Positions 8,981 to 18,075 of a stretch of DNA of 64,000 bases are shown piece after piece; the stretch's first letter is position 1; each line of letters starts with the position of its first letter. The translations under genes were made by a program, and so were the position numbers. The stretch is from Acidobacteriaceae bacterium (GTDB taxonomy: Bacteria; Acidobacteriota; Terriglobia; Terriglobales; Acidobacteriaceae). The stretch lies in assembly GCA_965276775.1 (NCBI GenBank), contig OZ255626.1:815585-879584 (forward strand), given 5' to 3'. The notes beneath the pieces are model-generated. The model did not search any database. It saw nothing but the letters and a program-made list of their open reading frames with translations, and was not told the origin of the DNA.

Positions 8981-11337
8981 GGTGCTCCCCGCTCCGGCGG
9001 CAGCGGCAGGCTGAAGAAAAAGGCCGCGCCTTCGCCGACCGTGCCTTCGGCCCAGGTGCGGCCGCCATGCCGCCCGACAATGCGCCGCACATTGGCCAAA
9101 CCGATCCCCGTTCCTTCGAAGTCTTCTATACGATGCAGGCGCTGGAATACTCCGAACAGTTTGCCCGCATATTGCTGATCGAAGCCGACGCCGTTGTCGG
9201 CGATGGAGAAGATGAGCTCGCGCTGCTGCCGGAGAACCTGCACGCGGACGCGCGGCGCGGGCTGCCGGGCGGTGTACTTGATTGCATTGGAGAAGAGGTT
9301 GCGCAGCACCTGGCGCAGCAGGTCCAGGTCGCCGGTGACGCGGGGCAGCGGATCGCGGGAAAACTGGATGGGGCGGGGCAGGCGTGCGTCGACGAGCGCG
9401 GCCTGCCACTCCGAGTCGACCAGCTGTTCCATGTCGACGGGCCCGGGGGTGAGCCGGGAGCGGGCGAAGCGAGAGAAGTCGAGCAGGCTGTCGACCAGGC
9501 GGCCGGCGAAGGCGGCGGAGTCGAGGATGGTGGCCAGGTAGCGCTTGCCGGGCTCGCTCATGCGCCCGGCTTCCTCCTCCTTGAGCATTTCGGCAAAGCC
9601 GGAGATGTGACGGAAGGGCGCGCGCAGGTCGTGCGAGACCGAGTAGGAGAAGGATTCGAGCTCCTGGTTGGCGACCTGCAGGCCGGCGGCGAGGGAGGCG
9701 ATCTCCTCGGCTCGTTTGAGTACGATTTCGAGCACCGCGGCGCGGAACTCGGCGGCGGCGCGGAGGTGCTCGGCGGCCCAGGGTTCGGAGCAGCCGCGCA
9801 CGGTCTGCGCCCACTCGGCGAAGGAGTGGCGGGGGCTGACGGTCGAGGCCTCTCCCGGGACGGCCGGCTTATGGGGGTCGCCGGCCCAGCGGACGGTTTC
9901 GAGCAGCTCGCGCCGAAACCAGAGCACCCAAGTGTTGTGGAGCCGGGAAAGGGAGATGGCGAGGACGCCGCTGGCATCGTGCGGGAAGGCGGCAGCGGGC
10001 GGGTAGTCGGCGGCCAGGCTGCTGGAGCTGAACAGCTCATCGTGGCCGCTCTGGCGGAGCCACTCGACCAGGGGGAGCACCTCTGCCTCGGTGGGTGCGG
10101 CGCCGAAGAGCTGTGTTGATGAGCCTGATACGACCGCGGCGCCATCGGCTTCGACCAGCTCGAGCAGGGACTCGGGCGCGTGCGCCAGACCGTCCATGTA
10201 GTGTTCCTGAATCGCCATGGAGGCCAGCAGGCGCGCCTGCACCACCCGGGCGGCGAGGGCGCGCTCCAGGCACAGGGCGCGGGCCTGCGACTCGAGCTGC
10301 GAGGCGGCGATCTGCATGGTGAAGTCGCAGGCCGAGCGCAGACGCAGGGGCACATAGCGCGGCGCGTGGTGGTGGCAGGAAACCAGGCCCCAGAGCTTGC
10401 CTTCAATGAGGATGGACACCGACATGGAGCAGGCGGTGCCCATGTTGCGCATGTACTGGCGGTGGATGGGCGAGACGCTGCGGAGCACGGAGCTGGAGAG
10501 GTCGAGCTCGGGGGCCGGGCCGTCCCGGGCGAGCAGCGGCGAGGGTTCGTAGTCGACATTGGGGATGATGCGGACGCGGTTGAGCAGGTACATGCGGCGC
10601 GCCTGCGCGGGCACGTCGGAGGCGGGAAAACGCAGGCCCAGGTAGGAGGCGAAGGTATCGCTGGCGCGCTGCTCGGCGAGCACCAGGCCGTGGCCCTGGT
10701 CGTCGAAGCGGTAGAGCACGACGCGGTCGCAGCCGGAGAGCGCGGCGATCTCCTCGACCGCGGCCTGGCAGACCTGGTCGGTGGTCCGCATGCCGCGGAT
10801 GGCGGCGACGAAGTTGTAGAGCCGGGCGTTGAGGGCTTCGGTGTGGAGGGCGTCGGGGGTGAAGGAGCGCTCGAACTCGAGCACGGTCCAGGGTTGTTGG
10901 CCGGGGTCTTCACTGATCGAACTGGTGCGGTAGGCGACGGCCTCGAAGCTGGTTTGGCCGGGGCCGGCGGCGGGCAGGGCCACGCTGGGCAGCAGGCGGG
11001 TGGCGGTGGTGAGCGGCTCGCCGGTGAGCGCGGCCAGCAGGCTGGCGCCCTGCGCCTGCCCAAACAGCGTGGGCAGAGTGCTCTGGAAAATGGCGCTGTG
11101 CGGAAGCTGGAGGAAGCCGGCCGCGGTGCCGCTGGCTACCTGGACACGGCCCCGCGGGTCGAGCGCGAGCAGGAAGCCGTGGGGCTGGATGCTGCCGGGG
11201 ATGTGGATCGGCTCGCGGTCGCAGGAGGAGAGGTCGAGAGAGCCGGAAGGCGCGGCGGCGCTGAAGGCCGCCGCCGCACTGTCGCGCTCCGCCGCTCTGC
11301 CGTCCGCTGCCTCATTCAATCCGGGTCCCTCTTCCAC
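8977..11337 (-). CDS. bphP: bacteriophytochrome histidine kinase (PAS-GAF-PHY-HisKA-HATPase)
   Basis: The N-terminal LDLSSCDREPIHIPGSIQPHGFLLAL carries the biliverdin-binding Cys context. GAF/PHY motifs include RSVSPIHRQYMRNMG. H-box: SYSVSHDLRAPFRHI. Kinase motifs: DNGVGFD, GTGIGLA. The track start is a GTG, and a TTG at 11319 has a better SD (GAAGAGGGA). Confidence 0.92.
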   Translation of the reverse strand: MEEGPGLNEAADGRAAERDSAAAAFSAAAPSGSLDLSSCDREPIHIPGSIQPHGFLLALDPRGRVQVASGTAAGFLQLPHSAIFQSTLPTLFGQAQGASLLAALTGEPLTTATRLLPSVALPAAGPGQTSFEAVAYRTSSISEDPGQQPWTVLEFERSFTPDALHTEALNARLYNFVAAIRGMRTTDQVCQAAVEEIAALSGCDRVVLYRFDDQGHGLVLAEQRASDTFASYLGLRFPASDVPAQARRMYLLNRVRIIPNVDYEPSPLLARDGPAPELDLSSSVLRSVSPIHRQYMRNMGTACSMSVSILIEGKLWGLVSCHHHAPRYVPLRLRSACDFTMQIAASQLESQARALCLERALAARVVQARLLASMAIQEHYMDGLAHAPESLLELVEADGAAVVSGSSTQLFGAAPTEAEVLPLVEWLRQSGHDELFSSSSLAADYPPAAAFPHDASGVLAISLSRLHNTWVLWFRRELLETVRWAGDPHKPAVPGEASTVSPRHSFAEWAQTVRGCSEPWAAEHLRAAAEFRAAVLEIVLKRAEEIASLAAGLQVANQELESFSYSVSHDLRAPFRHISGFAEMLKEEEAGRMSEPGKRYLATILDSAAFAGRLVDSLLDFSRFARSRLTPGPVDMEQLVDSEWQAALVDARLPRPIQFSRDPLPRVTGDLDLLRQVLRNLFSNAIKYTARQPAPRVRVQVLRQQRELIFSIADNGVGFDQQYAGKLFGVFQRLHRIEDFEGTGIGLANVRRIVGRHGGRTWAEGTVGEGAAFFFSLPLPPERGAP

Positions 11338-11515
11338 AGCATAGTGCCGATTTGGTAACTGCCGGCGCTGCTTTGGAGTTCAGATGCCGGGAGCAGAGGG
11401 GCTGTTATCCGCTCTACCGGCGCGCGGCGGGGTGGGGCGGCTGCATTTTCACCCGGGCTGAAACAGGCTGGCACGCGCATGAGAACCAGCAACGCACGCG
11501 GCATCCAAACCGGCA

Positions 11516-13294
11516 ATGAACACAGCGACAACCAGCGAGATACAGAGACCGCGCGCGGCCAGGCAGCGGGCACACAAGGCAAAGCGCGCGCCGGCGGCTG
11601 AGTCGGTCCCGTGGAACAGGCTGCAGGCCGAGGCAAAGGCGCGCTTCGGGGTGGAGCGGCTGCGGGCCGGCCAGCGCGAGGTGCTGGAGGCGATCTTCGC
11701 CGGGCGCGACGTGCTGGCGCTGATGTCGACCGGCGCCGGCAAGAGCTTGTGCTACCAGTTGCCGGCGCTGCTGCTGCCCGGCCTGGTGGTGGTGGTTTCG
11801 CCGCTGCTCGCGCTCATCGAGGACCAGCACACCAAAGCAGAAGACGCGCGGATCGCGGTCGAGAAAGTGGACTCGACGCTGAGCCGCACGGAGCGGACCG
11901 AGGTGGACCGGATGATCGTCGACGGCGTCCCGAAGCTGCTCTACGTCACCCCGGAGCGGCTCGAAAACCGGGAGTTCGTGGCCATGCTGCGCGAGACCGG
12001 CGTGAGCCTGCTGGCGGTCGACGAGGCGCACTGTATCTCGCAGTGGGGGCATGACTTTCGCCCGGCCTACATGGGCCTGGGCTATGCGCGCGAGCAGCTG
12101 GGCAACCCGCCGGTGGTGGCGCTGACCGCGACGGCGACCGCGAGCGTGATCGGCGACATCCTGAAGCAGCTGCATGCCGGGGACGCGCTGGTGGTGAACA
12201 CCGGCATCGAGCGCGAAAATCTCTCGTTCCGCGTGCATTACACGGTGAACAGGGAGGCCAAGCTGAAGCGCGTCGCCGACCTGGTAGCGGAGGAAGAGGG
12301 CACGGGGATTCTGTACACCGCGAGCGTAAAATCGGCGACGGAGCTGTTCGAGTGGCTGAAGGAGCGCGGGGTCAACGTGGGGCGTTACCACGGACGCATG
12401 CCGACCCGCGAGCGCGAGGCGATGCAGGCGCGGTTCATGGCGGGCGAGTACAAGCTGCTGATCGCGACCAAGGCCTTCGGCATGGGGATCGACAAGCCGG
12501 ATATTCGCTTTGTGTACCACTATGAGTTTCCCGACTCGCTCGAGAGCTACTACCAGGAGGCGGGACGGGCAGGGCGCGACGGGCTGGCAGCGAGGGCGGT
12601 GCTGCTGTACCGGCTGGAGGATAAGCGGATCCAGCGATTTTTCCTGCTGGGGCGGCATCCGCGGATGGAGGAGATTCACCGGGTGACGGAGGCGATGGGG
12701 GAGCAGCCCGCGCCGGCCGCGGCCATTGCCGAGCGGGCCGGGATGCCGCGGCGGCGGACCCAGGCGATTCTCTACATCCTGAAGCAGGCGGGGCTGGTGC
12801 GGCGCACCGCGGCTGGGTACGCGGCGCCGGTGCGGGATGTCGCCGCTGCCGAACTGGAAAAGCTGGTCGAGGAGCTGAAGCAGCGCGGCGAGGAAGACAA
12901 GCAGCGGCTGGGCGAGATGATGCGTTATGCCGAGAGCCCGGACTGCCGCAAGCAGCTGCTGCGCGCCTACTTTGGCGAGGAGCAGGGCGAGCGCTGCGGG
13001 GTGTGCGACAACTGCACGGAAACGGATGCGAACGCGGCGGGGCGGCAGGTGGAGCTTCCGCGTGGTCCCCAGGCTGAGGCGGTGGTCGCGGTGGAGACGG
13101 CGGTTGGGGTGGTGGAGACGACCGCGCCAGAAACGCTGCCATCGCGCGAGCAGGAGGGTTTCCAGCCCGGCGATGGGGTGCGGCACCCGCGCTTTGGGCA
13201 GGGCCGGGTGGTGGAGCAGGATGGCGAGAACCTGGCGGTACGATTCAGCGCAGGCGTGAAGCGGGTGCGGCCCACGTATTTGAAGGCCGATTGA
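11516..13294 (+). CDS. recQ: RecQ-family ATP-dependent DNA helicase
   Basis: Motifs MSTGAGKSLCYQLPAL, DEAHCISQWGHDFRPAY, ALTATAT and FGMGIDKPDIRFVYH. The Zn motif is CRKQLLRAYFGEE...CGVCDNC. The C terminus GDGVRHPRFGQGRVV...VRF is a UvrD/PcrA-tail-like Tudor motif. Confidence 0.9.
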   Translation: MNTATTSEIQRPRAARQRAHKAKRAPAAESVPWNRLQAEAKARFGVERLRAGQREVLEAIFAGRDVLALMSTGAGKSLCYQLPALLLPGLVVVVSPLLALIEDQHTKAEDARIAVEKVDSTLSRTERTEVDRMIVDGVPKLLYVTPERLENREFVAMLRETGVSLLAVDEAHCISQWGHDFRPAYMGLGYAREQLGNPPVVALTATATASVIGDILKQLHAGDALVVNTGIERENLSFRVHYTVNREAKLKRVADLVAEEEGTGILYTASVKSATELFEWLKERGVNVGRYHGRMPTREREAMQARFMAGEYKLLIATKAFGMGIDKPDIRFVYHYEFPDSLESYYQEAGRAGRDGLAARAVLLYRLEDKRIQRFFLLGRHPRMEEIHRVTEAMGEQPAPAAAIAERAGMPRRRTQAILYILKQAGLVRRTAAGYAAPVRDVAAAELEKLVEELKQRGEEDKQRLGEMMRYAESPDCRKQLLRAYFGEEQGERCGVCDNCTETDANAAGRQVELPRGPQAEAVVAVETAVGVVETTAPETLPSREQEGFQPGDGVRHPRFGQGRVVEQDGENLAVRFSAGVKRVRPTYLKAD

Positions 13295-13372
13295 GACAGC
13301 AGCGCGTTCAAGCGGCAAGCAGAGCGGCTTTCGCGCGAACGCCGGCTTGAACGGCCTGCTGAGTCAGCATTG

Positions 13373-14089
13373 TTAACGCAACCAGAAAGCCGCCCCCAGA
13401 ACGACAGCAGCCAGCGCGGCGGCCGGCAGCCACGCCATGGCCGTATGGCCGCCGGCACGGAACAGCAGACCCGAGGCAGCAGCCGAGCCGCAGTACACCA
13501 CCAGAACGCCGCATTGCAGCGCCAGGCGCTGCTCCCAGGCGGCTGTGGGTTCGCCAGACTCTTCGCCATCGGTCAGCTGCGCCAGGCCACCCATCAGCAC
13601 CGTCCAGGTGCCGCTGATGTAGGTGGTGATGACGCCGGGCAGCTTCATCGCTTGGATGACAGCGCTTTGCAGCCCCACCGCGACAGCGCCGAGGGCGACG
13701 AGCCCGTGCGCCAGCAGGCTGCCCTGGGCGGGCGTGAAAACGGTCGCCAGGCTGCCGGCGAGCAGCAGCAGCGCAAGCTGGAGCGCGAGCACAGAGGTGG
13801 TGCGGCGCGGCCACAGTACCGCCTGAGGGGGAGCGCGCCGTGCTGCCTGGCGTACCGGCCGGCTGAGCAGCGACCCGGCGAAGACCCCGGCGGCATAGGA
13901 CACCAGCGCGCCGCCGGCGCTGAGAGCACGCGCCCAGTGCGCGGTGGCGGCGGAGAAGCCGATGATCAGGGTATTGCCGGTGTTGTTGGCGATAAACACG
14001 TGCGCCAGCCCGAAGTAGCTCCAGCTGTCGAGCGAGCCGGCGGTGACCGCAAGGCCGAGAATGAGGGTGTCCCGCTGCCACACACGCAT
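13373..14089 (-). CDS. YoaK/DUF1275-family inner-membrane protein
   Basis: MRVWQRDTLILGLAVTAGSLDSWSYFGLAHVFIANNTGN is the DUF1275 N-terminal signature, followed by 6 hydrophobic segments. The start was taken at ATG 14087-14089. Confidence 0.7.
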   Translation of the reverse strand: MRVWQRDTLILGLAVTAGSLDSWSYFGLAHVFIANNTGNTLIIGFSAATAHWARALSAGGALVSYAAGVFAGSLLSRPVRQAARRAPPQAVLWPRRTTSVLALQLALLLLAGSLATVFTPAQGSLLAHGLVALGAVAVGLQSAVIQAMKLPGVITTYISGTWTVLMGGLAQLTDGEESGEPTAAWEQRLALQCGVLVVYCGSAAASGLLFRAGGHTAMAWLPAAALAAVVLGAAFWLR

Positions 14090-14459
14090 AGCAACGGTTG
14101 GATGCGTCCGATTGTGGAAATCCGCGATGCAAAAAAGCGAATAAAATAAGAAAGTGACGAAAGTACCGCGAGCCGCATCTTTCACAGAGAGTCCGCAATT
14201 TCCACAGCCTGTGGGGGTTCACGAAGTACCGGGCCACAAGATACAGTAGGGACTACTTTCAGCGGCGCCAGATACGCCGCTCTCGGGCCAGGTGGGAGCG
14301 GAGCCGAAGCTAACGAGATTTTCAAACCCCAGTGCCGGCGGTGTCCCTAGGGCTGTCGCGGGCAGAAAAGAGATTGATTTGGCTGACCAGCAGACTTCGC
14401 ACCAGAGCACGCTCGCCGACGTCATCCCCGATTTTCCCCTGCCCGAAGCGCCGGCGCAG

Positions 14460-16832
14460 ATGCAGGTGCGCAAGCGCAACGGCTCGTCGGAGCCGGTGGA
14501 CGTGAACAAGATTGTGAAGGCGGTACAGCGCTCCTCGCATGGGCTCTCGCACATCGACCCGATGCGGGTAGCCTCGAAGACCATCGGCGGCCTGTTCAAC
14601 GGGGCGACCACGCGCGAGCTGGATTCGATTTCGATCCAGACCTCGGCGGCGCTGATCGCGGAGGAGCCCGAGTACTCGAAGCTGGCGGCGCGGCTGCTGC
14701 ACGCGACGATCCTGAAAGAGGTCGCCGGGCAGAATATTTATTCGTTCTCGCAGTCGGTGGAGCTGGGCTATGAGCAGGGGCTGATCGGCGAGGCGGCCAT
14801 CGAGTTTATCCGCAACAATGCCCGCAAGCTGAACAACGCGATCGATGACGAGTTCAGCGACCGATTTGAGTACTTCGGGCTGCGCACCGTGTACGACCGC
14901 TACCTGCTGCGGCACCCGATCACGCGCAAGGTGATCGAGACGCCGCAGTACTTTTTCCTGCGCGTGGCCTGCGGGCTGGCGGGCACGGTGGGCGAGGCGA
15001 TTCCCTTCTACCGGCTGATGGCGGCGCACGATTACATGGCGTCGACGCCGACCCTGTTCAATTCAGGCACCAAGCACCCGCAGCTGTCGAGCTGCTTTCT
15101 GATCGATTCGCCGGGCGACTCGCTCGAAGGGATTTACGACACCTACAAACAGGTGGCGCTGCTGTCGAAGTTCTCGGGCGGCATCGGGCTCGCCTTCCAC
15201 CGGGTGCGGTCGGAGGGATCGTTGATCCGCGCTACCAATGGACTGTCGAACGGGATTGTGCCCTGGCTACGCACGCTGGATGCGAGCGTGGCGGCGGTGA
15301 ACCAGGGCGGCAAGCGCAAGGGCGCCGCGTGTGTGTACCTGGAGCCTTGGCACGCGGATGTCGAGTCTTTCCTGGAGCTGCGCGATAACACGGGCGACAA
15401 TGCGCGCCGGACTTACAACCTGAACACGGCGAACTGGATTCCGGACTTATTCATGCGGAGGGTGGATGCGGACCAGACCTGGTCGCTGTTCGACCCGAAG
15501 ATTGTGCCGCACCTGACCGACTTATTCGGCGCGGAGTTTGACGCGGCGTACGAAGCGGCCGAGCGCGAGGGGAAAGCGGTGCGCACGGTAAAGGCGCGCG
15601 ACCTGTATGCGCGCATGATGCGGACGCTGGCCGAGACCGGCAACGGCTGGATGACGTTCAAGGACACGACGAACTTGCGCTGCAACCAGACGGGCAAGCC
15701 GGGCAATGTGGTGCACCTTTCGAACCTGTGCACCGAGATCACCGAGGTTACTTCGCAGGAGCAGACGGCGGTGTGTAACCTAGGCTCGATCAACCTATCG
15801 CGGCATGTTATCGGCGGCCGGTTCGACTATGAAAAGCTGGCGCACACGGTGCGTTTGGCGGTGCCTATGCTCGACCGCGTGATCGACATCAACTATTACC
15901 CGGTGGCGCAGGCGGCGGGCTCGAATGCGCAGTGGCGGCCGGTGGGCCTGGGCGTGATGGGGCTGCAGGATGTGTTTTTCCAGCTGGGTCTGGCGTTCGA
16001 TTCAGTCGAGGCGCGGGAGCTTTCGACGCGCATCCAGGAGGAGATTTACTATCACGCGCTGGTGGCTTCGTGCGAGCTGGCGGAGAAGAACGGGCCGCAC
16101 GCGACCTTCGCGGATACACGCGCGGCGCAAGGGCATCTGCAGTTCGACTTATGGGGAGTTATCCCCAGGGACCTGGCGCGCTGGGCGGTGTTGAAGGATC
16201 GCATCCGCAAGCATGGCCTGCGCAATTCCCTGCTGATCGCGATTGCGCCGACCGCGACGATCGCGTCGATCGTGGGCTGCTATGAGTGCATCGAGCCGCA
16301 GATTTCGAACCTGTTCAAGCGCGAGACGCTGTCGGGCGAGTTCCTGCAGATCAATCGCTATCTGGTGGAAGAGTTGAAGGAGCGCGGCCTGTGGAACGAC
16401 GATGTGCGCAACCGCATCAAGATGGCCGAGGGCAGCGTGCAGGGGCTAACCGAGCTGCCGGAGGATGTGCGGCTGCGCTACCGCACCGTGTGGGAGCTGC
16501 CCATGCGCGCGATTATCGACATGGGCGCGGCGCGGGGCGCGTGGATCGACCAGTCGCAGTCGCTGAACCTGTTTGCCGAGTCGCCTAACATCGGGCGTTT
16601 GTCGTCGATGTATATGCATGCGTGGAAGGCGGGGGTGAAGACGACTTACTATCTACGTTCGCGGCCGGCTACGCGGATTTCTAAAACGACCGTTGGCCAT
16701 GCGGCGCAGGGTAACCAGGTGCCAACGGCAGGGCCGACGCCGGCACAGCTGCCGACCGGTGCAAGTATCGCGAGTGTGGACGCGGTAGCCTGCTCGCTCG
16801 ATAACCCCGACTCATGCGAAGCATGCCAGTAA
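14460..16832 (+). CDS. nrdA: class Ia ribonucleotide reductase alpha subunit
   Basis: An ATP-cone opens the protein (MQVRKRNGSSEPVDVNKIV). The catalytic core has SSCFL, NLCTEI and PTATIA. The C-terminal redox tail is CSLDNPDSCEACQ. An in-frame upstream extension (GTG 14292, TTG 14379) cannot be excluded. Confidence 0.9.
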   Translation: MQVRKRNGSSEPVDVNKIVKAVQRSSHGLSHIDPMRVASKTIGGLFNGATTRELDSISIQTSAALIAEEPEYSKLAARLLHATILKEVAGQNIYSFSQSVELGYEQGLIGEAAIEFIRNNARKLNNAIDDEFSDRFEYFGLRTVYDRYLLRHPITRKVIETPQYFFLRVACGLAGTVGEAIPFYRLMAAHDYMASTPTLFNSGTKHPQLSSCFLIDSPGDSLEGIYDTYKQVALLSKFSGGIGLAFHRVRSEGSLIRATNGLSNGIVPWLRTLDASVAAVNQGGKRKGAACVYLEPWHADVESFLELRDNTGDNARRTYNLNTANWIPDLFMRRVDADQTWSLFDPKIVPHLTDLFGAEFDAAYEAAEREGKAVRTVKARDLYARMMRTLAETGNGWMTFKDTTNLRCNQTGKPGNVVHLSNLCTEITEVTSQEQTAVCNLGSINLSRHVIGGRFDYEKLAHTVRLAVPMLDRVIDINYYPVAQAAGSNAQWRPVGLGVMGLQDVFFQLGLAFDSVEARELSTRIQEEIYYHALVASCELAEKNGPHATFADTRAAQGHLQFDLWGVIPRDLARWAVLKDRIRKHGLRNSLLIAIAPTATIASIVGCYECIEPQISNLFKRETLSGEFLQINRYLVEELKERGLWNDDVRNRIKMAEGSVQGLTELPEDVRLRYRTVWELPMRAIIDMGAARGAWIDQSQSLNLFAESPNIGRLSSMYMHAWKAGVKTTYYLRSRPATRISKTTVGHAAQGNQVPTAGPTPAQLPTGASIASVDAVACSLDNPDSCEACQ

Positions 16833-16849
16833 TACGTGAGTTCTAACCA

Positions 16850-16940
16850 GGTGTCATCCTGAGGAGCGCAGCGAGGAAGGATCTGCTTTAGCCCGAAGCA
16901 GTAACAAAGCAGGTCCTTCACTACGTTCAGGATGACACCT
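16850..16940. repeat. REP family 2 inverted pair (hairpin element) in the nrdA-nrdB spacer
   Basis: Left arm ggtgtcatcctgaggagcgcagcgaggaaggatctgc (16850-16886). Right arm gcaggtccttcactacgttcaggatgacacc (16909-16939). The spacer between them is 22 nt. Confidence 0.8.
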
Positions 16941-16971
16941 TAAAAAGTAACTAGGAATTTAGGAGTGAGTT

Positions 16972-17997
16972 ATGTCGTCATCCGTTGAAGTACCCGATTC
17001 CATTCTTGACCCGGGCATGTGCCTGACCCTGCGTCCGATGAAGTACCCCACCTTTTATGAAATGTTCAAGGACGGCATTAAGAACACCTGGACGGTCGAG
17101 GAAGTCGACTTTTCGACCGACCTGGTAGATTTGCGCGCGCGCCTTACCCCGGCTGAGGTCCACGTGATCCAGCGGCTGGTCGCGTTTTTCGCGACCGGCG
17201 ACTCGATCGTCTCGAACAACCTGGTGCTGAACCTTTACAAGCACATCAACTCGCCCGAGGCGCGGCTGTATCTCTCACGGCAGTTATACGAGGAAGCCGT
17301 GCACGTGCAGTTTTATCTCACGCTGCTCGATAACTACATTCCGGAGCCGAGCGAGCGCGCGGCCGCGTTTGCCGCGGTCGATAACATCCCGTCGATCGCG
17401 AAGAAGGCCGAGTTCTGCATGAAGTGGATGGATTCGATCCAAGAGATCGACACGCTCGAGACCGATGAGCACCGGCGGCAGTTCCTGCTGAACCTGATCT
17501 GCTTCGCGGGATGCATCGAGGGGCTGTTCTTTTTCGCGGCGTTCGCGTATGTGTATTTTTTCCGGTCGCGCGGCATGCTGCACGGGCTCGCGGCCGGCAC
17601 GAACTGGGTGTTCCGCGATGAGAGCGCACACCTGGAGTTCGCGTTCGAGGTGGTGAACACGGTGCGGGAGCAGAACCCGGGCATGTTCGACGCGCGCATG
17701 GAAGCGCAGGTGACCGCGATGATGAAGGAAGCGGTGGATGCGGAGCTGCAGTTCTCGGAGGACCTGCTGGAGGGCGGCGTCGCGGGCCTGTCGACGCGCG
17801 ATATGCGCGAGTACCTGCAGTATGTCGCGGACCAGCGATTGGAGCGGCTGGGCATGGCCAAGATCTTCGGCTCGCGCAACCCGTTCCCGTTCATGGACCT
17901 GCAGGATGTACAGGAGCTGACCAACTTCTTTGAGCGGCGGGTGTCGGCGTACCAGGTCGCGGTCGAGGGCGAGGTCGCGTTCCACGAGGAGTTTTAA
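16972..17997 (+). CDS. nrdB: class Ia ribonucleotide reductase beta subunit
   Basis: Di-iron ligand motifs EEAVHVQFY and FRDESAHLEF. An AGGAG SD lies 8 nt upstream. The gene follows nrdA. Confidence 0.93.
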   Translation: MSSSVEVPDSILDPGMCLTLRPMKYPTFYEMFKDGIKNTWTVEEVDFSTDLVDLRARLTPAEVHVIQRLVAFFATGDSIVSNNLVLNLYKHINSPEARLYLSRQLYEEAVHVQFYLTLLDNYIPEPSERAAAFAAVDNIPSIAKKAEFCMKWMDSIQEIDTLETDEHRRQFLLNLICFAGCIEGLFFFAAFAYVYFFRSRGMLHGLAAGTNWVFRDESAHLEFAFEVVNTVREQNPGMFDARMEAQVTAMMKEAVDAELQFSEDLLEGGVAGLSTRDMREYLQYVADQRLERLGMAKIFGSRNPFPFMDLQDVQELTNFFERRVSAYQVAVEGEVAFHEEF

Positions 17998-18016
17998 TCT
18001 GTAACTGTCGCAAGCA

Positions 18017-18050
18017 CAGAAAGCGGAGCCTAGCGGCTCCGCTTTTCTGT
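18017..18050. terminator. bidirectional rho-independent terminator
   Basis: cagaaagcggagcc-tagc-ggctccgcttttctg lies between the convergent nrdB and GH13-like genes. Confidence 0.75.
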
Positions 18051-18075
18051 TTGCGGCGGCAACGGTTGCGTGATT

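Noticed and set aside
13308-14237. 309-aa ORF overlapping the DUF1275 gene in another frame.
   Set aside because: Its product is Arg/Ala-rich. The 13373-14089 frame gives a coherent multi-TM protein with the family's N-terminal signature.
14090-14459. Possible NrdR boxes (CCACAGCCTGTGG at 14202-14214; CACAAGATACAGTAG at 14235-14249) or a cobalamin riboswitch upstream of nrdA.
   Set aside because: The first palindrome has the wrong spacing for the 16-bp NrdR box. The second matches only about 10 of 15 consensus positions as I remember the consensus. I could find no B12-box-like sequence. I note these only as something a PWM or Infernal scan could revisit.
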